Assembly (NCBI GenBank): GCA_030054835.1
Contig: JASGVS010000021.1
Coordinates: forward strand, 6,079 to 70,078
Source: Bacillota bacterium
GTDB lineage: Bacteria; Bacillota; Limnochordia; Darwinibacteriales; Darwinibacteriaceae
DNA: 64,000 nt
Direction: 5' to 3'
Every line of letters starts with the position of its first letter. Position 1 is the stretch's first letter. Below the pieces are notes generated by a model. The model was not told the origin of the DNA. It saw only the letters and a program-made list of their open reading frames with translations, and did no database searches. This document shows positions 20,858 to 29,707 of this stretch, in pieces. Made by a program: the position numbers and the translations under genes.

Positions 20858-20892
20858 GGAAAAGAAGACCCTCCCCGCCGCACCCATAAATG

Positions 20893-20925
20893 ACTGAAAA
20901 TGATTCTCATAGTCATGATATTATA
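20893..20925. promoter_or_regulatory. candidate Fur box in feoA promoter region
   Basis: TGAAAATGATTCTCA (20895-20909) matches the 7-1-7 Fur consensus TGATAATnATTATCA at 12/14 positions; 14/19 to the 19-mer; 38-70 bp upstream of feoA start. Confidence 0.55.
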
Positions 20926-21099
20926 GACACGCCCAGCCTGTCAAGCCCAGCTCTACTGGATTTGCGATTATTTTCTCTAATGCCGTTGTCCGGGCCACTG
21001 CGTTTACGACTTCCGCCTTGGCCCCCCTTCCTTTTAGAAGGAAATCATTAATTCAAAAAGAATAAGGTAATTGTTAAAAACTTTACGGAGGTGATGCAA

Positions 21100-23172
21100 A
21101 TGCGTATTCAAAGCCATCCCATCCTGGAAGCCCCAACCGGCCGCGAGGTCACCTTCACGTTTGACGGCCAAACGCTCACAGGACGCAAAGGAGAGATGGT
21201 CTCATCCGCTTTATTTGCCAACGGCATCCGCACTTTTTCCATTCATAAAGCAGAAGATGCCCCCCAGGGTATTTTTTGTGCCGATGGCCAGTGTGCCCAA
21301 TGTACTGTAGTAATCGACGGCGTGCCGGTGAAAAGCTGCGTCACACCTCTGCGGGAAGGGATGGAGATTCAAACGCTCGTCCATGACCCTGAACTCCCTG
21401 CAGATGACGAATGGCGCCCATCCTACCGGCCGGAGGAGCTTTCCTGCCAGGTTTTGATCGTGGGCGGCGGACCCTCAGGTATTACAGCCGCTTTGGAACT
21501 GGCTGGGCTCGGCGTTTCAGTTATTCTGGTAGACGACAAGGACAGGCTGGGAGGCAAACTCGTCCTCCAAACCCACAAGTTCTTCGGATCCATGGCGGAC
21601 TGCTACGCCGGTACCAGGGGTACTGACATTGCCCGCATCTTGGAAGAAGAGGCGCGCAGCCATGAGAACATCACCACCCTGACCAACGCCACTGCCGCCG
21701 CCATTTTCAGCGATAAAAAGGCAGGCGTATACATTAACCAAGAGAAATACATTCACATAGCCTTTGAGGCCCTAATGGTCTCCACCGGCGCCAGGGAACG
21801 TTCCCTGGTCTTCCCCGGTAACGACCTGCCCGGCGTATTTGGCGCAGGTGCCTTCCAGACCTTAGTGAACAGAGACTTGGTCAAATCATCCAACCGAGTG
21901 CTTATTGTAGGGTGTGGAAATGTGGGCTTAATTGCGGCCTACCACGCCCTGCAGGCAGGTATCTCGGTGGTTGGTATAATTGATATCGCCTCCGAAGTAA
22001 CCGGTTACAAAGTACACGCCGACAAAATCAAACGCATGGGCGTACCCATCTACCTGAACCACACCATTTTGGGGGTTACGGGCGATGGGAAGGTGGAAAA
22101 GGCCACCATTGCCCAGGTGGATGAAGACTGGAACCCCATCGCAGAAACGGCCAAGACGTTCGCAGTTGATACTGTGCTCATCGCAGTGGGCCTTTCTTCC
22201 GCCGATGAATTTTTCAAGCTGGGTGAACAGGGCGGTTTCCCGGTTATGAAAGCGGGCGATGCGGAAGAAATCGCAGAGGCATCATCGGCCATGATCGGCG
22301 GCAGGGTTGCGGGGCGGAAAATGGCCCAAACCCTTGGGGTGGAAACAACTATCCCAGCTGAGTGGCTGGAAAAGGCGGAAATTCTCAAGAGCCCACCGGG
22401 TCAAACATTTGCCCGGAGCCACAGCCTGCCGGAAGGGGATGGCTGGGAGCCCATTATCCACTGCTACCAGGAAATTCCCTGCAATCCGTGTACCACCGTC
22501 TGCCCTTACGATTCCATTCAACTCAGGGGCGAGACAGGTACCATCATGGACCTCCCCTATTTCTCCGGCAAGTGTATTGGCTGCGGTCAGTGCCTTTTGA
22601 TCTGCCCTGGCCTGGCCATCACCCTTGTGCGGAGGTCCAAAAACGAAGGGTATGCGGAAGTGATGCTGCCCCATGAATACAACCACCGCTTTGAAGCGGG
22701 AGAAGAAGTCCCCCTGCGGGATCAGGATGGTAGTTCCCTGACTGTGGGTAAAGTACTGCGCACCCGCTTCAGTAAAAAACACCGGACCCATGTGATCACA
22801 GTGGAAGTGCCGGAAGAGTTGGCTGTAAATGTAGCCGGGATCTTGGTCCAAGCAGAAGGGGTAACGGAGCCCTTACCCGAAGCAAACCTTACCTTTCTGC
22901 CTGATAACGCCATCGTCTGCCGCTGCGAGCGGATCAGCCTGGGCGAAATTAAAGAGTTCATTAAAGAAAACCGGGTGAATGATCTCAATCAGTTGAAAAT
23001 ACCGCGGGTGGCCATGGGTGCCTGCGGTGGTAAGACGTGTCTCGATCTCCTCCCCCGTGTTCTGGCGGAGGCGGGTGTGGACAGGGATAAAATTCGTCCG
23101 GCAGTGATCCGCCCCTTGGCTGTGGAAGTACCTATGAAAGCGATTGCTAATCAAGGCGGTGAAGACAGGTGA
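21100..23172 (+). CDS. fused alpha-type subunit of heteromeric FAD-dependent amino-acid (proline/sarcosine/opine-type) dehydrogenase: 2Fe-2S domain + FAD/NAD(P) oxidoreductase + 4Fe-4S ferredoxin + BFD-like [2Fe-2S] domain
   Basis: N-terminal C..DGQCAQC..V.DG....SC motif; Rossmann LIVGGGPSGITAALELAG; CIGCGQCLLICP ferredoxin motif; CRCERISLGEIKEFIK BFD-like motif; RBS GGAGGTGA; start ATG 21100. Confidence 0.75.
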   Translation: MRIQSHPILEAPTGREVTFTFDGQTLTGRKGEMVSSALFANGIRTFSIHKAEDAPQGIFCADGQCAQCTVVIDGVPVKSCVTPLREGMEIQTLVHDPELPADDEWRPSYRPEELSCQVLIVGGGPSGITAALELAGLGVSVILVDDKDRLGGKLVLQTHKFFGSMADCYAGTRGTDIARILEEEARSHENITTLTNATAAAIFSDKKAGVYINQEKYIHIAFEALMVSTGARERSLVFPGNDLPGVFGAGAFQTLVNRDLVKSSNRVLIVGCGNVGLIAAYHALQAGISVVGIIDIASEVTGYKVHADKIKRMGVPIYLNHTILGVTGDGKVEKATIAQVDEDWNPIAETAKTFAVDTVLIAVGLSSADEFFKLGEQGGFPVMKAGDAEEIAEASSAMIGGRVAGRKMAQTLGVETTIPAEWLEKAEILKSPPGQTFARSHSLPEGDGWEPIIHCYQEIPCNPCTTVCPYDSIQLRGETGTIMDLPYFSGKCIGCGQCLLICPGLAITLVRRSKNEGYAEVMLPHEYNHRFEAGEEVPLRDQDGSSLTVGKVLRTRFSKKHRTHVITVEVPEELAVNVAGILVQAEGVTEPLPEANLTFLPDNAIVCRCERISLGEIKEFIKENRVNDLNQLKIPRVAMGACGGKTCLDLLPRVLAEAGVDRDKIRPAVIRPLAVEVPMKAIANQGGEDR

Positions 23173-24314
23173 AGACTTACGATGTGGTAATTATCGGTGC
23201 CGGTAGTGTGGGACTCCCCGTTGCCTACAGTTTGGGTGCAAGGGGCCTCAAAGTGGCTGTCCTGGACAAAAGAGCTTCTGTGGGGCAGGGTGAAAACAAG
23301 GCGGCTATTGGGGGAATCCGCGCCACCCACTCAGACCGGGCTAAGATCAAGATCGGTCAAGCGTCCCTTGATTTCGTCCGCAGGCTGAAGCCGGAATTTG
23401 GTTATGATGTGGACTTCATTGAAGGGGGCTACCTCTTCCCCGCCTATGACCCCAAAATCGCCGAGAATCTGAAAGGCCTCCTGCCCATCCAGAAAAGCTT
23501 TGGCTTGGAAATTGACTGGATTGGGCCGGAAGAGGTGAGGGAGAGAGTACCGGGAATTCGTGCCGAAGGTCTTTTAGGCGGCACGTTCTCGCCCAAAGAC
23601 GGCCACCTCTGCTCCCTCAAATTGGCAGGTGCCTTTTACCGTATGGCCCTTAAGGCAGGGGTAGAGTTTTTCTTCGAGACAGAGGTCACAGATATTAAGG
23701 TGGCAAACGGCAAGGTAACCCACGTGGCTACCAATGGCACTACATTTAGTGCAGGCTGCGTTGTTAACGCTGCAGGCGCAGCCGGGCGGGACATTGCCCT
23801 TTTGGTGGGTACCGATCTACCCGTTTACCCGGACTCACACGAGGCCGGCGTTACCGAGCCTGTTAAACGGTTTATGCTGCCCATGATCGTGGATATAGCC
23901 CCCGACGAAAACTCTGACAACTACTATTTCTACCAAAGCATGGCGGGCAACATCATCTTCTGTATTACCCCCAGGCCCCAGCGGTGGGGTAGGGATCGCC
24001 GCTCCACTTCAGAGTTTTTGCCCATGGTGATCCCCCGTATGCTGAATTTGTATCCTAGGCTCCGCAACCTGAAGGTGCGGCGCACCTGGGGTGGGCTCTA
24101 TCCCATGACGCCCGATGCCAAACCAATCGTGGGCTTTGATCGGGATGTGGAAGGCCTTTTCCACGCGGTGGGTATGTGCGGCCAGGGCCTGATGCTTGGG
24201 CCGGGACTGGCGGAAATAGCGGCTGAGGCCATAACAGAAGGGAAAGAACAACCCGAGATATTTGAAGATCTATCTCCCTATCGTGATTTCAGCGGTGAGG
24301 AACTTCTGCAGTAA
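23169..24314 (+). CDS. FAD-dependent oxidoreductase, beta-type subunit (sarcosine oxidase beta / archaeal L-proline dehydrogenase beta-like)
   Basis: DAO-family Rossmann YDVVIIGAGSVGLPVAYSL...VAVLDK; 381 aa; 4-nt overlap with upstream gene. Confidence 0.8.
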   Translation: MKTYDVVIIGAGSVGLPVAYSLGARGLKVAVLDKRASVGQGENKAAIGGIRATHSDRAKIKIGQASLDFVRRLKPEFGYDVDFIEGGYLFPAYDPKIAENLKGLLPIQKSFGLEIDWIGPEEVRERVPGIRAEGLLGGTFSPKDGHLCSLKLAGAFYRMALKAGVEFFFETEVTDIKVANGKVTHVATNGTTFSAGCVVNAAGAAGRDIALLVGTDLPVYPDSHEAGVTEPVKRFMLPMIVDIAPDENSDNYYFYQSMAGNIIFCITPRPQRWGRDRRSTSEFLPMVIPRMLNLYPRLRNLKVRRTWGGLYPMTPDAKPIVGFDRDVEGLFHAVGMCGQGLMLGPGLAEIAAEAITEGKEQPEIFEDLSPYRDFSGEELLQ

Positions 24315-24338
24315 AATAATCAAGGAGAGGTGATCGTT

Positions 24339-25970
24339 GTGTTAAACGGAATTCCGATCATGCCCCGCCCCAAAAACGAACCCGTTTTTGGTTATGGGCC
24401 GGGCAGCCCGGAGCGGGCAAAGCTGAAAGCAGCCCTGGCTGAGCTGAGCAGCAGGGAACTGGAAATCCCCTTGGTGATCGGTGGTAAAGAGGTCCGAACT
24501 GGGAAAATGGGCGACTGCGTCATGCCCCATGCCCACCAGCACCGCTTAGCCACGTATCACCAGGCTGGACCAGAGGAAGTGGAAGCGGCCATTGAAGCGG
24601 CTTTGGCAGCCAGGCAGGAATGGGCTAACATGCCCTGGGAGCAGCGGGCCGGTATTTTCATGAAGGCAGCAGAAATCCTGTCTAATGAAAAACGCTATCT
24701 GCTCAACGCAGCCACCATGCTCGGCGTCAGTAAAACACCTGTCCAAGCCGAAATCGACTCTGCCTGCGAGCTGATCGACTTCTGGCGTTTCAACGTATCT
24801 TATATGGAAGACATTTATCGGCAGCAGCCCAACTCCACTCCCTTGAGCTGGAACCGCCTGGAGCATAGGGGCCTAGAGGGCTTTATCTTTGCCGTTACTC
24901 CCTTTAACTTTACAGCCATTGCGGGCAATCTACCCACCGCTCCGGCTATGATGGGCAACACTGTGGTCTGGAAGCCGGCTTCTTCTGCCGTTTATCCCGC
25001 TTACCATGTCCTTAAGATTCTAGAAGAAGCGGGACTCCCTCCCGGCGTAATCAACTTCATACCCGGGCCAGGCAGCGTAGTGGGTGATTTGGTAATCAAG
25101 CACCCTGATTTGGCAGGTATCCATTTTACGGGCAGTACTGAAGTGTTCCAGAATATGTGGCAGAGTGTGGGCCACAACATCCACAACTACAAGACCTATC
25201 CCCGTATCGTAGGTGAAACGGGCGGTAAGGACTTCGTCTTTGCCCACAGCAGCGCAGATGTCCCTGCCCTGACGGTAGCACTGGTCAGGGGCGCTTTTGA
25301 GTTCCAGGGTCAGAAATGCTCCGCCGCTTCCCGGGCTTACATCCCCAGAAGCATTTGGCCGGAGCTGAAGGAGCGCCTCATTGCCATGACAGAGGAACTG
25401 ACAATTGGCGATGTCCGGGATTTCACCAACTTCATGGGTGCGGTGATCGATCGCAGTGCCTTTAATAGGATCGTGTCTTACATCGAATACGCTAAACAGT
25501 CGCCTGAGGCAGAAATACTTGTTGGTGGTACCTATGACTATTCCGTTGGTTATTTTATCGACCCCACCATTGTGGTAACAACTAATCCAAAAATGAAGTT
25601 GATGGAAGAAGAGATCTTCGGGCCTGTCCTAACCATCTATGTCTACGAAGACGACAAGCTCGCTGAAACGCTCGAGCTCTGCGACAAGACCTCACCCTAC
25701 GGCCTAACAGGGGCAATCTTTGCCCAGGATAGAAGGGCAATCGTTTACATGACAGATGCCCTACGGGAGGCAGCCGGTAACTTCTACATCAACGACAAAC
25801 CAACCGGTGCAGTTGTGGGCCAACAGCCCTTCGGCGGTGCCCGTGCCTCTGGCACAAACGACAAAGCAGGCAGTATGTTCAATCTTCTCAGGTGGGTTTC
25901 CCAGCGGGCTATTAAGGAGAACCTCTTGCCGCCTACCTGCTACCGTTACCCATACCTAGATGAAGAATAG
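24339..25970 (+). CDS. 1-pyrroline-5-carboxylate dehydrogenase (aldehyde dehydrogenase family, RocA/PruA-like)
   Basis: ALDH superfamily with RocA-like N-terminus (EIPLVIGGKEV); catalytic region FQGQKCSAASR; start probably GTG 24339 (AAGGAGAGG + 8 nt). Confidence 0.85.
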   Translation: MLNGIPIMPRPKNEPVFGYGPGSPERAKLKAALAELSSRELEIPLVIGGKEVRTGKMGDCVMPHAHQHRLATYHQAGPEEVEAAIEAALAARQEWANMPWEQRAGIFMKAAEILSNEKRYLLNAATMLGVSKTPVQAEIDSACELIDFWRFNVSYMEDIYRQQPNSTPLSWNRLEHRGLEGFIFAVTPFNFTAIAGNLPTAPAMMGNTVVWKPASSAVYPAYHVLKILEEAGLPPGVINFIPGPGSVVGDLVIKHPDLAGIHFTGSTEVFQNMWQSVGHNIHNYKTYPRIVGETGGKDFVFAHSSADVPALTVALVRGAFEFQGQKCSAASRAYIPRSIWPELKERLIAMTEELTIGDVRDFTNFMGAVIDRSAFNRIVSYIEYAKQSPEAEILVGGTYDYSVGYFIDPTIVVTTNPKMKLMEEEIFGPVLTIYVYEDDKLAETLELCDKTSPYGLTGAIFAQDRRAIVYMTDALREAAGNFYINDKPTGAVVGQQPFGGARASGTNDKAGSMFNLLRWVSQRAIKENLLPPTCYRYPYLDEE

Positions 25971-25986
25971 ATTCGACACAAACAGT

Positions 25987-26018
25987 GGGCCTGTACTAGC
26001 GACAGGCCCCTTTTTTTA
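25987..26018 (+). terminator. rho-independent terminator
   Basis: GGGCCTGT-ACTAGCG-ACAGGCCC followed by CTTTTTTTAG. Confidence 0.9.
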
Positions 26019-26039
26019 GATGGAGGAAGGAGAAGACTG

Positions 26040-26834
26040 ATGCTGTTTGGAGCAAGTACCATGACGTTTTTCCGCCGCCCAATTCTAGAAGCACTAGAGG
26101 CCGTTTTCCGCTGCGGTTTCGATTACGCGGAGATTTGGGTCGATCACGCCTGGGATGAACGGCAGGGAGCAGATAACGAAGCGATCCGCCGTCAATTAGA
26201 GCGCTTGGGCTTGAGGGCAACTGTCCACTGCCCCATCTTGGACATAAACATCACCAGTGCCAACCGGGGGATCCGGCGGGAGTCGGTCCGCCAGAACCTA
26301 CTGACGATAGACTTCGCCCGGGAAGTTGGCGCCCAACTAGTAGTAATCCATCCGGGAAGCAGGTTTTCAGTGCGAGAATCCCTTGAGGCCCACTGGGATT
26401 ACCAGATCCAATCAATAAAGGAGATACTAGCTTACGCCGAAGAGCAAGGGGTCATGGCAGCGGTGGAGAACATGGACAGCGGCAAAGAGGTTGTTTCGGT
26501 TAAAAATGACGAAGATCTCAAACGCCTTTTCACTTTGTGCGAAAGGGAAAATGGGCTGGTCACATTGGACACAACCCATCTCGGTACGACGGAAAAGGTG
26601 TTAGAATTCATCGACGCCCTAGGCAGCCAAATAGCCCATCTACACCTCAGTGATGCGCTAGGGGATAAGATGCACCTCCGCCTGGGAGAAGGCAATCTAG
26701 ACTTAAGGGCAGTAGCTAAGCAGCTCCAGACAGCAGGTTACACCGGAGTCTGCTCCTTAGAGTGTTTTGTCCCCAATGATGAAGGAATGCTCAAAAACGA
26801 GCTGGCAAAAGCGCGTGAGCTGTTCTCTGCCTAA
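26040..26834 (+). CDS. sugar phosphate isomerase/epimerase (xylose-isomerase-like TIM barrel)
   Basis: AP-endonuclease-2/XylA-like TIM-barrel pattern (..IHPG.., ..H.HLSD..); RBS GGAGGAAGGAG. Confidence 0.7.
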   Translation: MLFGASTMTFFRRPILEALEAVFRCGFDYAEIWVDHAWDERQGADNEAIRRQLERLGLRATVHCPILDINITSANRGIRRESVRQNLLTIDFAREVGAQLVVIHPGSRFSVRESLEAHWDYQIQSIKEILAYAEEQGVMAAVENMDSGKEVVSVKNDEDLKRLFTLCERENGLVTLDTTHLGTTEKVLEFIDALGSQIAHLHLSDALGDKMHLRLGEGNLDLRAVAKQLQTAGYTGVCSLECFVPNDEGMLKNELAKARELFSA

Positions 26835-28039
26835 GCGGCACTGGCGGCCGACCACTGGACCGCCTCGAGGTATGCTTCCGTAAGCACTCGAGGCGCCAAA
26901 GCAAGGGCAGCTGCCTGGTCCTCAATTCCCCGCCATCTGCCCTTTTCGTAGGCCAACACCACTTCCCATAGGTCTTGGAAGGGTCCGGTGCCGTAAATGA
27001 GCAGCTCCTGCATGGGAGCGGGTGCAGCTATTTCCTCTAAAATGTCTGGCATGGGCTTTTGCAACAGGACATCCAGCAGAGAAAAAAGCCCGGCTAGAAA
27101 CAGCATTCCCTGGTAAGGACGCCATTTTGTCCGGGCTGCTAACAGCTCAATAAACCTGGCTCTAACCATAGAAGTTACCACCGCGATTCCCGGTTTGGTT
27201 ACACTGATCCGCCGCAGGGCAACTAAAGACACCCATTTCCTGATCTCGCGTTCGCCTAAATAAACAAGGGCGTGTTTGATCGAAGTAATAGTCTCCCGCT
27301 TGGCAAAGGCGGCAGAGTTGACAAGTCTGATTAGGCTGTAAGAGAGGGAGACATCGCGGGAGATAATTTCAGCTAGCTCGTCAAAGTCAAACTCGGGCTC
27401 ATTCACTTTGCTGATTAACCTAAGGCAGCTGATTTGGAGAGGATCGAGTTTTTTCGCTGTGACAATTTCCGGCCTGCTGAAGAAGTAGCCCTGAAAGAGG
27501 CGGAAACCTATATCCCGTGTAAGGCGGAACTGATCCCAGGTTTCGACCTTTTCGGCCAGTAGTGTGTAACGCTTATCCTTCAGGGATTGGATAAACTTCA
27601 CCAAAGCGTTACCTTCCACAGCCTGCAGGTCGATTTTGATAATATCCGCCAAATCGAGGAGGGGCATGAGGTTTTCTTGAAAGGCAAAGTCATCGAGGGC
27701 GAGTTTGTAACCTGCCTCCTTCAAACGGCGGCAATTCTGCACCGTGTTTTCATCGGCTACGACTGTTTCTAAGATCTCAATCACCAAATTCTCCGCAGGA
27801 AAGAGGGTGGCAATTTCCCTTTGCAGCAGGGCTGTGGAGAAATTGATGAAGGCGGGCTTGCCGTCAGTTAAACTGCTCAGCCCCAAGTTTTGGAAGGTAT
27901 CGACAATTACTTCCGTGGAAGCTTCGTCGGCATTAACACCTGTGTAATGGTTGGTGAAGCCGCTGCGGTAAAACAGTTCATAACCGAAAACATTCAAATT
28001 GGCATCTAGAATCGGTTGGCGGGCCAGAAATACTGTCAT
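26831..28039 (-). CDS. EAL-HDOD two-domain protein (c-di-GMP-related)
   Basis: N-terminal EAL fold (MTVFLARQPILD..., QGYFFSRP) and C-terminal HDOD domain; 402 aa. Confidence 0.75.
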   Translation of the reverse strand: MTVFLARQPILDANLNVFGYELFYRSGFTNHYTGVNADEASTEVIVDTFQNLGLSSLTDGKPAFINFSTALLQREIATLFPAENLVIEILETVVADENTVQNCRRLKEAGYKLALDDFAFQENLMPLLDLADIIKIDLQAVEGNALVKFIQSLKDKRYTLLAEKVETWDQFRLTRDIGFRLFQGYFFSRPEIVTAKKLDPLQISCLRLISKVNEPEFDFDELAEIISRDVSLSYSLIRLVNSAAFAKRETITSIKHALVYLGEREIRKWVSLVALRRISVTKPGIAVVTSMVRARFIELLAARTKWRPYQGMLFLAGLFSLLDVLLQKPMPDILEEIAAPAPMQELLIYGTGPFQDLWEVVLAYEKGRWRGIEDQAAALALAPRVLTEAYLEAVQWSAASAA

Positions 28040-28147
28040 TCATTTCACCCATTATCACCATTTGATACATTTGGTGTATTGTTATGAATGTTGATTCTGC
28101 CCCCGAACATCTTTCTCCTCCAAACCACCCCGTCCAAACACAACAAA

Positions 28148-28176
28148 AAAGGCGTGGACTTAGCCACGCCTTAATT
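28148..28176 (-). terminator. rho-independent terminator after secreted-protein cluster
   Basis: On minus strand AAGGCGTGGCTAAGTCCACGCC followed by TTTTTTTG. Confidence 0.8.
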
Positions 28177-28190
28177 CGAAATCTTGTTGT

Positions 28191-28918
28191 TTACTGGGGG
28201 TTAACGGTCAAAGTGATCTCAGCCGTATAGTGCCCAGCACGTTGATCCGAGATGCCGCCCGTTCCTGCGAAACCAAAGACCTGGTAAGCGTAGATCCCTT
28301 CTCTGTCTATGCTAGTCTCTTGTGCTGCTGCAACAGCGCCTGCAGTGGGGTAGAATCTACCGCTCTTGAAGAGGCCCAAGAGAGCAAGTAACGCATCTTC
28401 GGGTACTTCAACAAACTCCGTTTCGTGGTCACTATACCACGGTGTCTCGTACAGCAGCGCATGGTTTAGGTCAGCGAAATAGCCGATTTCCCATTTGGGT
28501 AGAATCTGTTCCGGAGGAAGCATGAACCGGGGCAGATCGTCCACACCCCACGACTGAAATACCCAATAAGTGGTGAGCATCTTGCTGTCATCGTAGACTT
28601 CATGCTGGAGCGCAGTTCCCGTAAAGACGAGATCCACGGGAGCATTCGTCTCCACGATAAAGCAGTTGGTATCGGTGAACTTCCTTTGGTTGGCAACCCC
28701 TGAATAATACTGGAAGTTCATGTTGGGTTCATCCTCCTGCCACTCCCCGATTGGGATGATGAAGAACCAGCCTGTCTGATGCCACTTGGTCTTCTGCGCC
28801 TTTACGCTAGCATAGGGTGCCACTTTGGCTCCGACCTCAATCTCTCCCTTATCCAGGGCAAACGCAGCGGTGCCCAAGACTAAAACCAGCGCCAAAACTA
28901 GAATCAAAGTCTTTTTCA
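28191..28918 (-). CDS. secreted beta-rich protein G of secretin cluster (hypothetical)
   Basis: ATG 28918 with GGAAGGGTGGAAGGA RBS; signal peptide MKKTLILVLALVLVLGTAAFA; C-terminal strand HYTAEITLTVNPQ. Confidence 0.6.
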
Positions 28919-28973
28919 TTCTATCCTTCCACCCTTCCAAGGTTGGTCTTCTTTGGGACAAAGCCCACTATTA

Positions 28974-29447
28974 TTAGAGTTCTTCTACCGTGATTTCAAT
29001 GACCGTTTCGTAATCACCGGCTGCAATGGAGCTGATAGATGGAATCTCGATCCAACCCTTAACGGTGTATTCCTTTACACCTTTAGCATAGAGCTGGTTC
29101 CAGCCAACCGAAGCATTACTCTTTGTGATTTCATAGCCTTCCACCAAGAATTTGTAGGGTACGGGAACCCATTCATTGTCTTCCAGTGTTAAAGTCAGCT
29201 TGACGTCACAGTTGGCTTCTACCGTAAACACTCCATTTGTAAGGGAGTCAAACTCGCCCGCCTTACCTTCCAGATCGAAGAAGATGCCATCGCTGACCAC
29301 CAACACTTGAGCATAGGCTCCGATGGTTGCTTCGATCGGGATAGTGTCTTTCAACAAAGGGGAAGGAGGCCCCTCCACGGCGAAGGCAGTAGCCCCCAGA
29401 ACAAGGACCAAAACGAGCATTAGACTCATGCTTGCATATTTTTTCAT
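28974..29447 (-). CDS. secreted beta-rich protein F of secretin cluster (hypothetical)
   Basis: Signal peptide MKKYASMSLMLVLVLVLGATAFA nearly identical in style to protein G; C-terminal DYETVIEITVEEL. Confidence 0.6.
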   Translation of the reverse strand: MKKYASMSLMLVLVLVLGATAFAVEGPPSPLLKDTIPIEATIGAYAQVLVVSDGIFFDLEGKAGEFDSLTNGVFTVEANCDVKLTLTLEDNEWVPVPYKFLVEGYEITKSNASVGWNQLYAKGVKEYTVKGWIEIPSISSIAAGDYETVIEITVEEL

Positions 29448-29707
29448 TATTGTTCCTCCTTAATAATGTTTCTCTGACCAATGTTTTTGTGATAGTCTGA
29501 ACTGAACCGTGTGCTACTTTGCCATGCCCACCTCCCTTGTTTGTCGCACTTGGGTCTGTTACGGCCCAAGTCTCTGTACAAGTGTGGTACAAGCTCCATG
29601 TGTAGGTTATGTATTTCGTAGGAAACTTATACCAACTCAGCCGCAAATGCTACAAAATTTCCTGCAAATCGTTTCTGGACCACAGACCATTTCTATGGAA
29701 ACCATTC

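Noticed and set aside
20887-20887. Longer feoA start (MGAAGRVFFSMELR..., 88 aa)
   Set aside because: The upstream ATG has no RBS. The internal ATG at 20857 is preceded by GGGGAGGG and yields a 79-aa protein matching typical FeoA length.
28974-29447. Proteins F and G as type IV (pre)pilins because of their MKK...hydrophobic N-termini
   Set aside because: The N-termini are standard Sec signal peptides with A-x-A cleavage sites (TAFA/AAFA). The G-[FM]-[ST]-L-[IL]-E class-III motif is absent, and there is no prepilin peptidase or PilB/PilT ATPase nearby.
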